The position numbers and the translations under genes were made by a program. From an uncultured Clostridia bacterium (lineage in GTDB: Bacteria > Bacillota > Clostridia > Christensenellales > UBA1242), in assembly GCA_947588355.1 (NCBI GenBank), contig CANPYI010000003.1, positions 16,225 through 80,224 on the forward strand: a stretch of DNA of 64,000 nucleotides, read 5' to 3'. This document shows, one piece after another, positions 1 through 9,243 of the stretch. Position 1 is the stretch's first letter. Each line of letters opens with the position of its first letter. The notes under the pieces are model-generated. The model was not told the origin of the DNA. It ran no database searches and worked only from the letters and a program-made list of their open reading frames with translations.

Positions 1-789
1 TTTAAGCACTTTCAATCTGTCTTTTCCAAGAACAATATTCTCGCCTTCAAAATTCACCTTAACATATTCAAAATCAGGATTAACGGCAAGAGCAACATTG
101 GCAGAAAGTGTCCAAGGAGTTGTTGTCCATGCCACAATCTTAAAGTCTTTGTTTTTGACAGGAAATTTGGCAAAAATTGCAGTATGCTCCACTTCATGAT
201 AAGATGATGACATCTCATGTTCTGACAGACTTGTCCCACAACGTGGACACCAAGCCATAGGACGATTTTTCTTGACAATCCAGCCATGACTGTCACACTC
301 TTTCAAAAAGTGCCAAATAGAAGTGATATTTTCGTCAGTGTTGGTATAGTATGAATTGTCCCAATCCATCCACTGCCCCATTCGAATAGATTGTTTTGTG
401 ATTTCATTGCCAAAATGTTCAACACGCTCCATACATTTGTTTGTAAATTTGTCAATGCCATAGTTGACTATCTCAGGCTTGCCATTAAGCCCAAGTTCCT
501 TTTCAACATTTACTTCCACCCAAAGACCTTGTCCGTCAAAGCCGTTTTGATATTGACAATCACGGCCCTTAAGAGCGTTGTATCTTATTGTCAAATCTTT
601 GAGAGTGCGTCCCCAAAAGTGATGCACGCCAAGTCTGTTGTTGGCAGTTGCCGGGCCGTCAAGAAACTTAAATCGTTCGTGCCCCTCGTTTTTTTTCATC
701 AGTTTTTCAAAAGAATTATTTTCTTTCCAAAATTTTAAAATGCCTTTTTCCATTTCCACAAAATTTGGTACTGTAGGTTCTTTTTTCAT
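1..789 (-). CDS. ileS: Isoleucine--tRNA ligase, type 2 (5' part; runs off window edge)
   Basis: Not in the ORF track. Hand translation from ATG 789 gives MKKEPTVPNFVEMEKGILKFWKENNSF...FLDGPATANNRLGVHHFWGRTLKD...GFDGQGLWVEVNVEKELG...WCPRCGTSLSEHE...WTTTPWTLSANVALAVNPD. AGGAG SD upstream. Confidence 0.93.
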   Translation of the reverse strand, partial: MKKEPTVPNFVEMEKGILKFWKENNSFEKLMKKNEGHERFKFLDGPATANNRLGVHHFWGRTLKDLTIRYNALKGRDCQYQNGFDGQGLWVEVNVEKELGLNGKPEIVNYGIDKFTNKCMERVEHFGNEITKQSIRMGQWMDWDNSYYTNTDENITSIWHFLKECDSHGWIVKKNRPMAWCPRCGTSLSEHEMSSSYHEVEHTAIFAKFPVKNKDFKIVAWTTTPWTLSANVALAVNPDFEYVKVNFEGENIVLGKDRLKVLK

Positions 790-809
790 ATTATCTCCTA
801 TTGCAATTT

Positions 810-1568
810 TCAATAATTTTCCAAAATCTTGTTCATTTTCATAACATCAGCTGCGGTCATAATTCCCAAAGGTTTTTCTCTTGCACCACCATTTTGCGTC
901 ACCAAGATTGCAAGCATCTTGGAATTTTTGTGAAACATATCAAGTGCTTGCTCCACAGTGATGTCTTTGTTTGCAAATGCATAATAATCACTGTGTTCAA
1001 TCTTTGAAAGCATGTCCTCAATCTTCACGGAATCCAAGAAACTTTCTGCTTTTCCGCCGGACAGCAGGTGTTTTCCAAAAGCGTCAATGATTTTTTGTCC
1101 GTTTGCAACGCCAATGATTTCATTTCCCTTAAACACGGGCAAGTTTGAATAGCCCGACGACGCAATTGTGCAAATCACCTCCCGCATAGACATACTTGAC
1201 TGCACTGCCAAAACATCTCGCCTTGCCACAACCTCCAAAGCACGCGGAGGAGTTGTCAAAAGTTTTTCAATCTTTTCAATTTTTTCCACAACATCGTCGT
1301 GAGGTTCGGCAATAATAAAATCATTATTGTCATGCACAATCGCATTTCTCAACCTTCCGTAGCCAATCAAATCGTCTTCATATTTTCGCACTGTATAGTT
1401 GAATGCAACTGCCTTTCGTACTGCTTCCGAAAATCCCATACTGCGATTAAAGTTGTATCTGGTTTTAAGTGCATAGTCAATATTGTTGAATGCCGACAAA
1501 AAGCGTGCAGCATTGCTTTTTGGCACGGTGTCAATAATTTGTTCTGAATTTTTGTCTTTCTTTCCCAT
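810..1568 (-). CDS. CBS-pair protein with N-terminal helical domain carrying an RxxxxH (HEPN-like) motif
   Basis: CBS-type segments SGYSNLPV..IIGV and AILVT..PLGIMTAADV; N-terminal LRNAIVH. Start moved to ATG 1568 (GAGAGG SD). Confidence 0.8.
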   Translation of the reverse strand: MGKKDKNSEQIIDTVPKSNAARFLSAFNNIDYALKTRYNFNRSMGFSEAVRKAVAFNYTVRKYEDDLIGYGRLRNAIVHDNNDFIIAEPHDDVVEKIEKIEKLLTTPPRALEVVARRDVLAVQSSMSMREVICTIASSGYSNLPVFKGNEIIGVANGQKIIDAFGKHLLSGGKAESFLDSVKIEDMLSKIEHSDYYAFANKDITVEQALDMFHKNSKMLAILVTQNGGAREKPLGIMTAADVMKMNKILENY

Positions 1569-1673
1569 TTTACCTCTCAATTGTAATCAAACTAATTATA
1601 CATAAAAAGAAAGAAAAAGAAAAACAAAAAACGCACTAAAATAAAAAAATATTGTCAACAAAACAAACAAAAC

Positions 1674-2357
1674 TTATTTTGCTGGAGAATAAGTAAGTGG
1701 CGAGTTTGCACCAAGATAAACCTGTGGAACTTTTCCACTGATAACACTTTCTGCAACAAGAACTTCTGTCACACTGTCAACGGTGGTGGAATAAGCCGGC
1801 AAAACCAAAGAAACACTTGCGTAAAGTTTTATATACAACGAATGTTCGGTGTTGTTGACGCCTGCACCTTCAAACTTGCTTTCAAAAACAGAAGTCATTG
1901 CACCGATAGGCATAAGTTTCAAACTAACCTTTGGCCCAATGCCCACCAAAAACGGCAAACCGGTGAAAGTCCCAAGTGCAACATCAACACCGTATTTGCC
2001 CATTTGGTCAAGATAAATTTGTGCAACCTGATAAAATTTGCGAGCCATAAGATTGAGTTTGACCGTATCCAAGGAAATAAACACAACTTCGTTTTGCGAA
2101 TTTGTTTCAATATGCACCAAGTCTTCATATCGAAATCCTTCTTCACCCAAAACATCACAAACTGCATCACTGACAGCAGAAGTTGAAAGTGAAAAAACTG
2201 TTGCCTTTGTCGCCTCAACTACAACAGGATTGACAACAAAAAACACATAGCAAACAACAAGTATCAGGCACATACAAAAAGAAAAAACAACAAGCCTGAA
2301 TTTTCGCTTTTTCCTCTTTTCATATTTTTGCTGATACAAACTTACTCTGCATTTCAC
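1674..2357 (-). CDS. yunB: Sporulation protein YunB
   Basis: N-terminal basic stretch plus TM helix; VALGTFTG...GIGPKV..KLMPIG...FESKFEGAGVNNTEH...VAESVISGKVPQVY matches YunB-family motifs. Confidence 0.85.
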   Translation of the reverse strand: MKCRVSLYQQKYEKRKKRKFRLVVFSFCMCLILVVCYVFFVVNPVVVEATKATVFSLSTSAVSDAVCDVLGEEGFRYEDLVHIETNSQNEVVFISLDTVKLNLMARKFYQVAQIYLDQMGKYGVDVALGTFTGLPFLVGIGPKVSLKLMPIGAMTSVFESKFEGAGVNNTEHSLYIKLYASVSLVLPAYSTTVDSVTEVLVAESVISGKVPQVYLGANSPLTYSPAK

Positions 2358-2428
2358 AAAATATGTATATGCTGTGATGCGTCAAATTTTGACAAAATAT
2401 TTAAGAGCGATAACTCGAAAATAAACAC

Positions 2429-2468
2429 AATATATGGTGTATTATGTATGCGTAATACACCATATATT
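2429..2468. terminator. 16-bp perfect inverted repeat downstream of spoVAE (probable terminator or RNA-stabilising hairpin)
   Basis: AATATATGGTGTATTA-8 nt-TAATACACCATATATT, followed by GTGTTTATTTT on the minus strand. Confidence 0.65.
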
Positions 2469-2480
2469 TGGCAGCCTAAA

Positions 2481-2849
2481 CTACTTTTTTGTGTGAGAAT
2501 GGAATATAAGAGCAAACAAAAATGCAAAGCCTATCGCCGCTGCGATGCCACCGGCAGTGGCAGTCAGGCCGCCCGTGAATATCCCCAAAAAGCCATGAGT
2601 TTTCACCGCACCGATTGCACCTTTTGCAAGCGAGGCACCAAATCCAACAATAGGCACATTTATGCCCGCTTTGGCAAAATCTGAAATATAATCAAAAAGC
2701 CCAACTGCTTCCAGAAAGACGCCTATAAGCACAAAAGTGACAAGAATTCGTGCAGAGGTTATGTTTGTTGTGATTATCAAAAGTTCACCAAGAGCACACA
2801 CCAATCCGCCAACCAAAAACACCCACAAATAAGTCAAAAATATTTCCAT
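2481..2849 (-). CDS. spoVAE: Stage V sporulation protein AE
   Basis: FLVGGLVCALGELL...ARILV...AGINVPIVGFG; AGGAGG SD before ATG 2849; follows spoVAC-spoVAD. Confidence 0.92.
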   Translation of the reverse strand: MEIFLTYLWVFLVGGLVCALGELLIITTNITSARILVTFVLIGVFLEAVGLFDYISDFAKAGINVPIVGFGASLAKGAIGAVKTHGFLGIFTGGLTATAGGIAAAIGFAFLFALIFHSHTKK

Positions 2850-2859
2850 CTCTCCTCCT

Positions 2860-3876
2860 TTACTTTTCCACAACTATTGCGTGACAGACGCAAGGAATGG
2901 TGTCACCCTGTTGTGTGGAAGTTGTCGACAAAAGTGCCCCTGTCGGCAAAAAAAGTACTTTTTTGTATTGCCCTTCATTTATCTTTTGGATTATATAGGA
3001 ATTAAACACTGTTGCACAACAACCCGCACCAGATGCACCACACAAGGTCTCTTGTTCACGCTTGAAATACATCTGTCCACAGTCACCATAATTTGTTCCA
3101 AGAGTTATGCCTTCGTCTTCCATGAGGTCAATCAAAATCTCACTTCCAAGTTTGCCCAAATCGCCGGTCACAATAAGGTCATAATCATCGGGTTTTGTGC
3201 GCGTGTTTCTGAAGTGCGACAGCATTGTATCACGTGCCGCTGGAGCCATGGCACCACCCATGTTGTTGACATCATTCACTCCCCAATCAACAACTTTCCC
3301 AAAAGTGACAGCGGTGATTTTTGGACCTTCACCTTCCAAGGAAACTACCGAAGCGCCCGCACCCGTCACAGTCCACTGCGAAGTCGGGGGTCTTTGATTT
3401 CCAAGTTCAAGCGGAAATCTGTACTGCCTTTCAGCCGTAGAAAAATGCGAGCCTGTGCAACAAACCACATTCTGATAAAATCCACCGTCAACAAGCACTG
3501 CACCAATCGCCAAACTTTCCGCCATAGTGGAACAAGCACCATACAGGCCTATAAAAGGAAACTGGAACGCTCTAGCAGCATATGAAGAACTTATTATTTG
3601 ATTCAAAAGGTCGCCTGCAATCATCAAATCGATATCTTTGGGTTGCAAATGTGCATTTTGTATCACGCCCGTAACCGCACTTTCAAGCATTTTACGTTCT
3701 GCCTTTTCAAAAGTCTTCTCGCCGAAGTGGTCGTTTTTCATGACATAGTCGAAATAAGGGCCAAAATTTCCCTGCCCTTCCTTGGGCCCAACAATAGCAT
3801 AAGAGCCGATTATTTTTGGTTGATTTTTCAGTTTTATAGTTTGTTTTATTTTGAATGTATTCTGTCTTTTTTGCAT
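2860..3876 (-). CDS. spoVAD: Stage V sporulation protein AD
   Basis: VGPKEG, AGDLLNQ, LYGACSTMAE, ERQYRFPLE, QWTVTGAG, NNMGGAMAPAA, TGDLG, TGALLS. Start at MQKRQ. Confidence 0.95.
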   Translation of the reverse strand: MQKRQNTFKIKQTIKLKNQPKIIGSYAIVGPKEGQGNFGPYFDYVMKNDHFGEKTFEKAERKMLESAVTGVIQNAHLQPKDIDLMIAGDLLNQIISSSYAARAFQFPFIGLYGACSTMAESLAIGAVLVDGGFYQNVVCCTGSHFSTAERQYRFPLELGNQRPPTSQWTVTGAGASVVSLEGEGPKITAVTFGKVVDWGVNDVNNMGGAMAPAARDTMLSHFRNTRTKPDDYDLIVTGDLGKLGSEILIDLMEDEGITLGTNYGDCGQMYFKREQETLCGASGAGCCATVFNSYIIQKINEGQYKKVLFLPTGALLSTTSTQQGDTIPCVCHAIVVEK

Positions 3877-3887
3877 ATTCTTTCCTC

Positions 3888-4343
3888 TTAAAACAAAGAA
3901 ATTATCCAATAAATAAGCCCCACAACCATACTTGACGCTACGCCAAACACAATAACGGGACCTGCAATAGTAAACATCTTTACACAAATGCCGTATATTA
4001 TACCTTCACTCTTAAATTCTATCGACGGACTTGTGATGGAGTTTGAAAAACCTGTAATTGGAACAATTGAGCCACCCCCTGCAAACTTTCCTATTTGGTC
4101 ATAAACGCCAATTCCGGTCAAAAAAGAAGCGATAAAAATAAGAGTTATCAGTGTCAATGACCAACCGGTCTGTTGCGAAATATTCGGAAAAATCAGCAGA
4201 TAAATGTCGTTTATGCCTTGACCAATCAAACAAATCAGTCCACCCACCCAAAACGAATTAAACAGCGATGGCCAAGGCCTTGTTTTTGGTATTTTTGCTG
4301 AAACATATTTGTTGTACGCTTCGTTTCTTTTTTTATCTTCCAT
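3888..4343 (-). CDS. spoVAC: Stage V sporulation protein AC
   Basis: FWVGGLICLIGQ, LTGIGVYD, AGGGSIVPITGFSNS, KMFTIAGPVIV. Start at MEDKK with GAGG SD. Confidence 0.94.
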   Translation of the reverse strand: MEDKKRNEAYNKYVSAKIPKTRPWPSLFNSFWVGGLICLIGQGINDIYLLIFPNISQQTGWSLTLITLIFIASFLTGIGVYDQIGKFAGGGSIVPITGFSNSITSPSIEFKSEGIIYGICVKMFTIAGPVIVFGVASSMVVGLIYWIISLF

Positions 4344-4371
4344 GCTATACCTCTTAAAACCTAAACAATAA

Positions 4372-4400
4372 AATTTTGTCCAAAAAGAATGAAAATAATC
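4372..4400 (-). promoter_or_regulatory. Possible forespore (sigma-F/G-type) promoter of the spoVA operon
   Basis: Minus strand GATTA-14 nt-GGACAAAATT resembles G(T/C)ATA-15-GGnnAnAnT; spoVA is forespore-expressed in studied spore formers. Confidence 0.35.
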
Positions 4401-4466
4401 AACAGCCGGCATGGTTTTGTATATTTTTATTCAAAAAGCAAAATATAAGAAAAATCGGAGGTTTTT

Positions 4467-5714
4467 ATGAAAAAAATAATACTCACTATGGCGATTATGC
4501 TGATGTGCATTTCACTTGCAGGCTGTGGAGCAAGCAACAGTTCAACAATAACAAATCTAGGAAATCAAATTGACGAAACTGCAAATGTCATAAGCAGTAT
4601 CGAAAGTGTCAATCCAACCGATTTAAATTTGTCAAAAGAAATGTTAAACACCATAGCGATAAAAGAAAACAGCAGTGCCATATATGACAATGTTATCGCA
4701 ACACAACAAACATTGCTTGCCGAGGAATATTTCAAAACAGATATCTTAAACACAACAGCCAGAATCAAAAACACGTTGTCAAAGGACATAAAATTGTCAA
4801 AAGCACAATCAACCGCCTTGAAAGAACTTACAGACAATCTCTCAAAATACACAAACTCTGTTGCATACACAAAAAATGATATGGAAAGCACCCTAAAAAA
4901 CATCTCCTCTTTGAAAAAGAATGCCAGCAAAAATGCTGACCGAATAAACGCAAAACTCAATCGTTTGGCATGCAACTCGAATTCTCGTTCTTCATTTTAT
5001 GAAAACATTTTATCTTCATTAAATCAAATAGAAAATTATTTAAACATTCCGCAAGAAGACAAACAAGAGCAGCCAGATGAGATTCAACTTGCAAATCAAG
5101 ATTCTCAGACACAAAATCTCAAAAATGAGCAAAACACAAATCAATTGGCAAATTCTCCGTACACACGATTCAATTCAAACAACATAAACCGCATGAGATT
5201 TGGCTATGGTTATGGAATGAATGGTGGATACACAATGCCTGTGGCACCGTATGGCAACGGCTATGGAATGTATGGATATGGCAATGCAATGTATGGGGCA
5301 AACGGAATGAACAACATGTATTTTCCAAACGAGATGGGCATGTATGGTGGCTACAACTTTGCAAACCCGTACATGTACGGTGGAAAAAATATAAACTTCG
5401 CGCGATTTAACACCTTGCGCAACACTGACACATATGCACCGCTTGTCAGAAACATAGACACCTATCGCACAAACACAGAAAGCAGATCAGTTGCCCTGCC
5501 AGAAAAGCGTCTTGAAACATATGAAAAAGTTAACGACGACAACACAGTTGAAATGATTGACACAAAAGACATAGAGAGTGACGAAACAGAATGCCAAGAC
5601 GATTTTTGCGGGGCAGAAGAGCAAATGGACAATCCAGATACTCCCGTTTTTAAGCAACTTAAAATAAAGCCTGTTTCAGATGACGAACTTTCTCAACCAA
5701 CAATTGCGCATTAA
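4467..5714 (+). CDS. Hypothetical lipoprotein with helical N-half and Gly/Tyr/Met/Asn-rich low-complexity segment
   Basis: Signal peptide with LAGC lipobox; GGAGG SD; GYGYGMNGGY...YGNGYGMYGYGNAMYG tract; acidic tail. Confidence 0.8.
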   Translation: MKKIILTMAIMLMCISLAGCGASNSSTITNLGNQIDETANVISSIESVNPTDLNLSKEMLNTIAIKENSSAIYDNVIATQQTLLAEEYFKTDILNTTARIKNTLSKDIKLSKAQSTALKELTDNLSKYTNSVAYTKNDMESTLKNISSLKKNASKNADRINAKLNRLACNSNSRSSFYENILSSLNQIENYLNIPQEDKQEQPDEIQLANQDSQTQNLKNEQNTNQLANSPYTRFNSNNINRMRFGYGYGMNGGYTMPVAPYGNGYGMYGYGNAMYGANGMNNMYFPNEMGMYGGYNFANPYMYGGKNINFARFNTLRNTDTYAPLVRNIDTYRTNTESRSVALPEKRLETYEKVNDDNTVEMIDTKDIESDETECQDDFCGAEEQMDNPDTPVFKQLKIKPVSDDELSQPTIAH

Positions 5715-5741
5715 AAAAATCTTGAATATCAAGATTTTTTT
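5713..5741. terminator. Bidirectional intrinsic terminator
   Basis: AAAAAAATCTTGA-ATA-TCAAGATTTTTTT between convergent genes. Confidence 0.75.
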
Positions 5742-8700
5742 TAATGTGTTCTCATTTTTCTCTTCTTTTCCGCTTCCTTCTTTCTGACAATTGACAGAAT
5801 CACTTTTGCCAAAGCAAACACAAACAAAAGTGAAAGGAAAATAGCCAAATACACAACAAACACCGAATTGTTTGAAAAGATGCCAGAGCCAATCTTTTTG
5901 AATGAAACCACAATGTTGGCATCTTCCGAGATGTTTTCAAGGATAAATCTTCCGTTTGTAACTTCAACAACCTTGCCATTTATTGTCACAAAGTCCAATT
6001 CATAGCCATCATTGGCACGAATATCATACTGCTTGCTTGCCCCGTATGCCAAATCGCCGTCCAAAGAGCCCGCTGAAGAGATGTTTCCGCCTTTGCCAAG
6101 TGAAAGATTGACATGAAACGATTTTGCTTGAAAAACAACCACGATTTTGATATCTTCCGAAATGTTTTCAATCTGATAGAAGCCATTTTCGTCAGCATCA
6201 AGCCTCACGCCACCCGCCAAAACACGTTTGACTGTGTAACCGGTCACAGGAACTATCTTAAACTTGAACACTTGTTGGTCTCTGGAAACTGTAGCAGAAG
6301 TAAGTTGGTGTCCATCTTCATCAAAGATTTGCCCCTGACCGCTCAAATCAAACGACACATCAAGATTTTGTTTTTCGATAGTTGTCACATCAAACACAAT
6401 ATCGCCTTGCTGATTGTTCAATGTGTACAAAAATCTTGTTCTGTCCACAATGGTCTGTTGCACTCCATTGATATTTATACTTTCCAAACTGTAGCCATTT
6501 TCTGGCAAAATCTCCACTTGATAGTTTTGATTTTTGTACAACGTGCCTTTTTTAAACAAGTCGCCATTTACAAACATTTGCGAATGTTGTCCAATGTGGC
6601 TTATGCTGAAAACTTCCGCTTCTGTCCCAACAACATCAAACTGCATCACGCCTTCCACAGTTGTGCCAAAAGTGTCTTCCAACAAAACTTTCAAGGTTTG
6701 ATTTCTCCCCAAAGCCAAATTGGAAATATGAATGCTCAAGTCATTTTCAAGTTCTCTGCCCTCAACTTGAGCCGAAACAGTTGGATTCAAATAGGACACA
6801 GAGTCAAAAGATATTTGGTATTTGGCATTGTAGCCGATGTATTGCAAGTCAAGGTCCAAGTCTTCGCCATATTTGACAATGATATTTTGCGGAAGCCCCC
6901 TTGTGAAACGTAAGGTCATGTCCACAAAATCAGTATTTTCATCAAATGCAAGTTTTTCGGAAGCGGACATTTCGTTTCCTTGTCCAACATAGCCATACAC
7001 ACATTCAAGGCTGAGTGTGCTCTGCTCAGCAATAGAAAGTTGTTTAGAATTTCCTAAATAAAGAGTTTCAATCCCCGAGCCAGATAGTGCATGCCTGCCA
7101 ATTTCGACCGCATTCATAAGTTTTAATGTTTTGAGTGACTCATCACGTGCAAAAGCATAAGAGCCGACCGTCCTGACATTAGGAACATCAAAGACACGCA
7201 AATTTGTGCAAGTGTAGAATGCATAATCTCCAACTTGAATATTGTTGCCAAGACAATAAATTTCCTCTATTTGTAAGTTTGCACTAAATGCTGACTGTGC
7301 AAAAAGCCTTATAGTTTCAGGCAATATCAAAATCTTGACATTTGTGCCAGAAAAGGCAGATCCTCCAATTCCAATCACATACTGACCTCTGTACATTTTT
7401 GGCACAACCAATGTTGTCAAATCAGTTCCACTGTATTTGGAAATAACATATCCACCGCCCAAGACTGCGGCAAATTCGTAATTTGTTTCAAGATCATAAT
7501 TTCCAAAGTAGTAAATATTGCTGGAAACAAAACTACGTTGCAAAACTTCGTCAGATGTGTTTTGAACAAATGCCACAGCCGTCACTTTTGTGGTTTTGTT
7601 TATCACAATAGGTTGCGTGTACAATATTCCATTGCTTTTATCCAAGTTGCCGATGTCACTTTGCAAGGAATAATAAATTTCCATATTCCCATGATTTTCA
7701 AAACTAAGTGTGATTGTTCTGCTTTCAACTTCACCGGTCGATGAACGATGTTCTTCAACATTAAATTCAACATAACCCGAAGTCAAAACTCCAATCTTTG
7801 CAATATTTATACAACCATGGCCATACAGTTCGTCCCAATCTCCCTGACCGTAATCAACGGCATTTTCACGCAAAAGGTCATAAACCTTTTCCGCCGAATA
7901 ATCTTTGTAAAATGGATTTGAATAAATAAGTGCAACACACGCAGTCACATGCGGTGCAGCCATCGAAGTACCGGTTTTGCGCGCATAAGAACTTCTGCCA
8001 TAGATTCCTGCACTGTAAATGCTTGTCCCAGGTGCAGAAAAATCGACAAAACTTCCGTAATTGCTGTAAGAATCGTCAAAGGAAAGCGTTTCACCAGTTG
8101 AAGTTACAACTCTTTTCAATGCAGAAACAGTGATTGCTTCTTCAACATTTGCAGGGCTTGCAAATGAAGTGTCAACACTGTCGTTTCCGGCAGAGACAAC
8201 AGGAATTATGCCATTTTCGTACAATCTCCTGACCGCTGAATTTAATGCTGTATTTTGTGCCGAAGTCCCCTCGCCAACCGAAGTGGCGTCAACACCAATA
8301 CTCATATTGGCAACTTTTATATTCAATCCATCAGATTTTAAGGAAAGGGCATATTCAATCGCGTTTATTATCATGGAAACATTTCCACGACCGTTGGATT
8401 TGAGGACTTTAAGCGGAAGAATTTGCACATTGGAAAGTGTTGCCTGTGCAATAGTGCCACTCACATGTGTTCCATGTCCATAAAGATCTTCAAATTGATA
8501 GCCGCCCACATTCTCTTCGGCAGAAAAATCTCTGCCATAATCCAGCAAAATCCTATCTTCAAAAAGTTCGTGCGAGGTGTATATCCCGCTGTCCAAAACT
8601 GCAACAACCAAATTGTTGAGATCGCTCTGGTTGTGCATAGTAAGCATAGTCGCCTTGTAATCATCAACGCCAATATATTGCCAGCCCCAATCTTCATATG

Positions 8701-9130
8701 TTGCTGTGCTTTCAATTTCTTCTGTTGTGGTTTCGTAGTCATAAGTCACGCTAAAATCAAGGTCAGAAAGTTTTTGATAAGCGTTTTCGGTGTCCTGTTG
8801 ACTATCATACTGAAAAATATGCCAATCGTGATATTCTGCTTTTTGCACAGCACCATAGTCCGCAACATTTTTGTCAGAATAAACAATCAATCGATTTGGC
8901 AACAAGTTTTGTGTTGTTTCATGTCCCTCAACAGAGGCAACCGCAATTTCATTAAAATCATCATCAAATTCGGACAGCATTTTGATAAGCGAATCATTAA
9001 AATCTTCGTAATTTTCTTGACTTGCACATGCAAAAGTTTGCTGCAAAGGTTTGTATGCTATTATTGCAGCAAAAATCGCCAGCGTAAACATCAAGAAGTA
9101 ACAAAAAATTTTCTGTCGAATTGTTGTCAT
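5741..9130 (-). CDS. Cell-surface S8 subtilase with BspA-type leucine-rich repeats, beta-sandwich repeats and C-terminal membrane anchor
   Basis: Catalytic triad motifs VAVLDSG, HGTHVSG, GTSMAAPHV; LRR_5-like IGGSAF/VGDYAF/VGSYAF repeats; PxxGY repeats; C-terminal TM followed by basic tail. Confidence 0.88.
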   Translation of the reverse strand: MTTIRQKIFCYFLMFTLAIFAAIIAYKPLQQTFACASQENYEDFNDSLIKMLSEFDDDFNEIAVASVEGHETTQNLLPNRLIVYSDKNVADYGAVQKAEYHDWHIFQYDSQQDTENAYQKLSDLDFSVTYDYETTTEEIESTATYEDWGWQYIGVDDYKATMLTMHNQSDLNNLVVAVLDSGIYTSHELFEDRILLDYGRDFSAEENVGGYQFEDLYGHGTHVSGTIAQATLSNVQILPLKVLKSNGRGNVSMIINAIEYALSLKSDGLNIKVANMSIGVDATSVGEGTSAQNTALNSAVRRLYENGIIPVVSAGNDSVDTSFASPANVEEAITVSALKRVVTSTGETLSFDDSYSNYGSFVDFSAPGTSIYSAGIYGRSSYARKTGTSMAAPHVTACVALIYSNPFYKDYSAEKVYDLLRENAVDYGQGDWDELYGHGCINIAKIGVLTSGYVEFNVEEHRSSTGEVESRTITLSFENHGNMEIYYSLQSDIGNLDKSNGILYTQPIVINKTTKVTAVAFVQNTSDEVLQRSFVSSNIYYFGNYDLETNYEFAAVLGGGYVISKYSGTDLTTLVVPKMYRGQYVIGIGGSAFSGTNVKILILPETIRLFAQSAFSANLQIEEIYCLGNNIQVGDYAFYTCTNLRVFDVPNVRTVGSYAFARDESLKTLKLMNAVEIGRHALSGSGIETLYLGNSKQLSIAEQSTLSLECVYGYVGQGNEMSASEKLAFDENTDFVDMTLRFTRGLPQNIIVKYGEDLDLDLQYIGYNAKYQISFDSVSYLNPTVSAQVEGRELENDLSIHISNLALGRNQTLKVLLEDTFGTTVEGVMQFDVVGTEAEVFSISHIGQHSQMFVNGDLFKKGTLYKNQNYQVEILPENGYSLESININGVQQTIVDRTRFLYTLNNQQGDIVFDVTTIEKQNLDVSFDLSGQGQIFDEDGHQLTSATVSRDQQVFKFKIVPVTGYTVKRVLAGGVRLDADENGFYQIENISEDIKIVVVFQAKSFHVNLSLGKGGNISSAGSLDGDLAYGASKQYDIRANDGYELDFVTINGKVVEVTNGRFILENISEDANIVVSFKKIGSGIFSNNSVFVVYLAIFLSLLFVFALAKVILSIVRKKEAEKKRKMRTH

Positions 9131-9136
9131 ATATAT

Positions 9137-9165
9137 ATTATAACATGTTTACTTAAAAAAATCAA
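9137..9165 (-). promoter_or_regulatory. Sigma-A promoter positioned for a leaderless transcript of the S8 protease
   Basis: TTGATT-17-TATAAT (extended TG), then 6 nt to ATG 9130; no SD. Confidence 0.7.
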
Positions 9166-9243
9166 TAATTCATTCAAGAAAACTTCAGTGTCACACAGAA
9201 TATAAAGTTTTTTGCCAATCTTTGAGAAATTTTGGCAAAACTG

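Noticed and set aside
9205-9243. TTTTGCCAA...TTGGCAAAA inverted repeat upstream of the tRNA promoter
   Set aside because: Short and built from words very common in this sequence; cannot be distinguished from chance.
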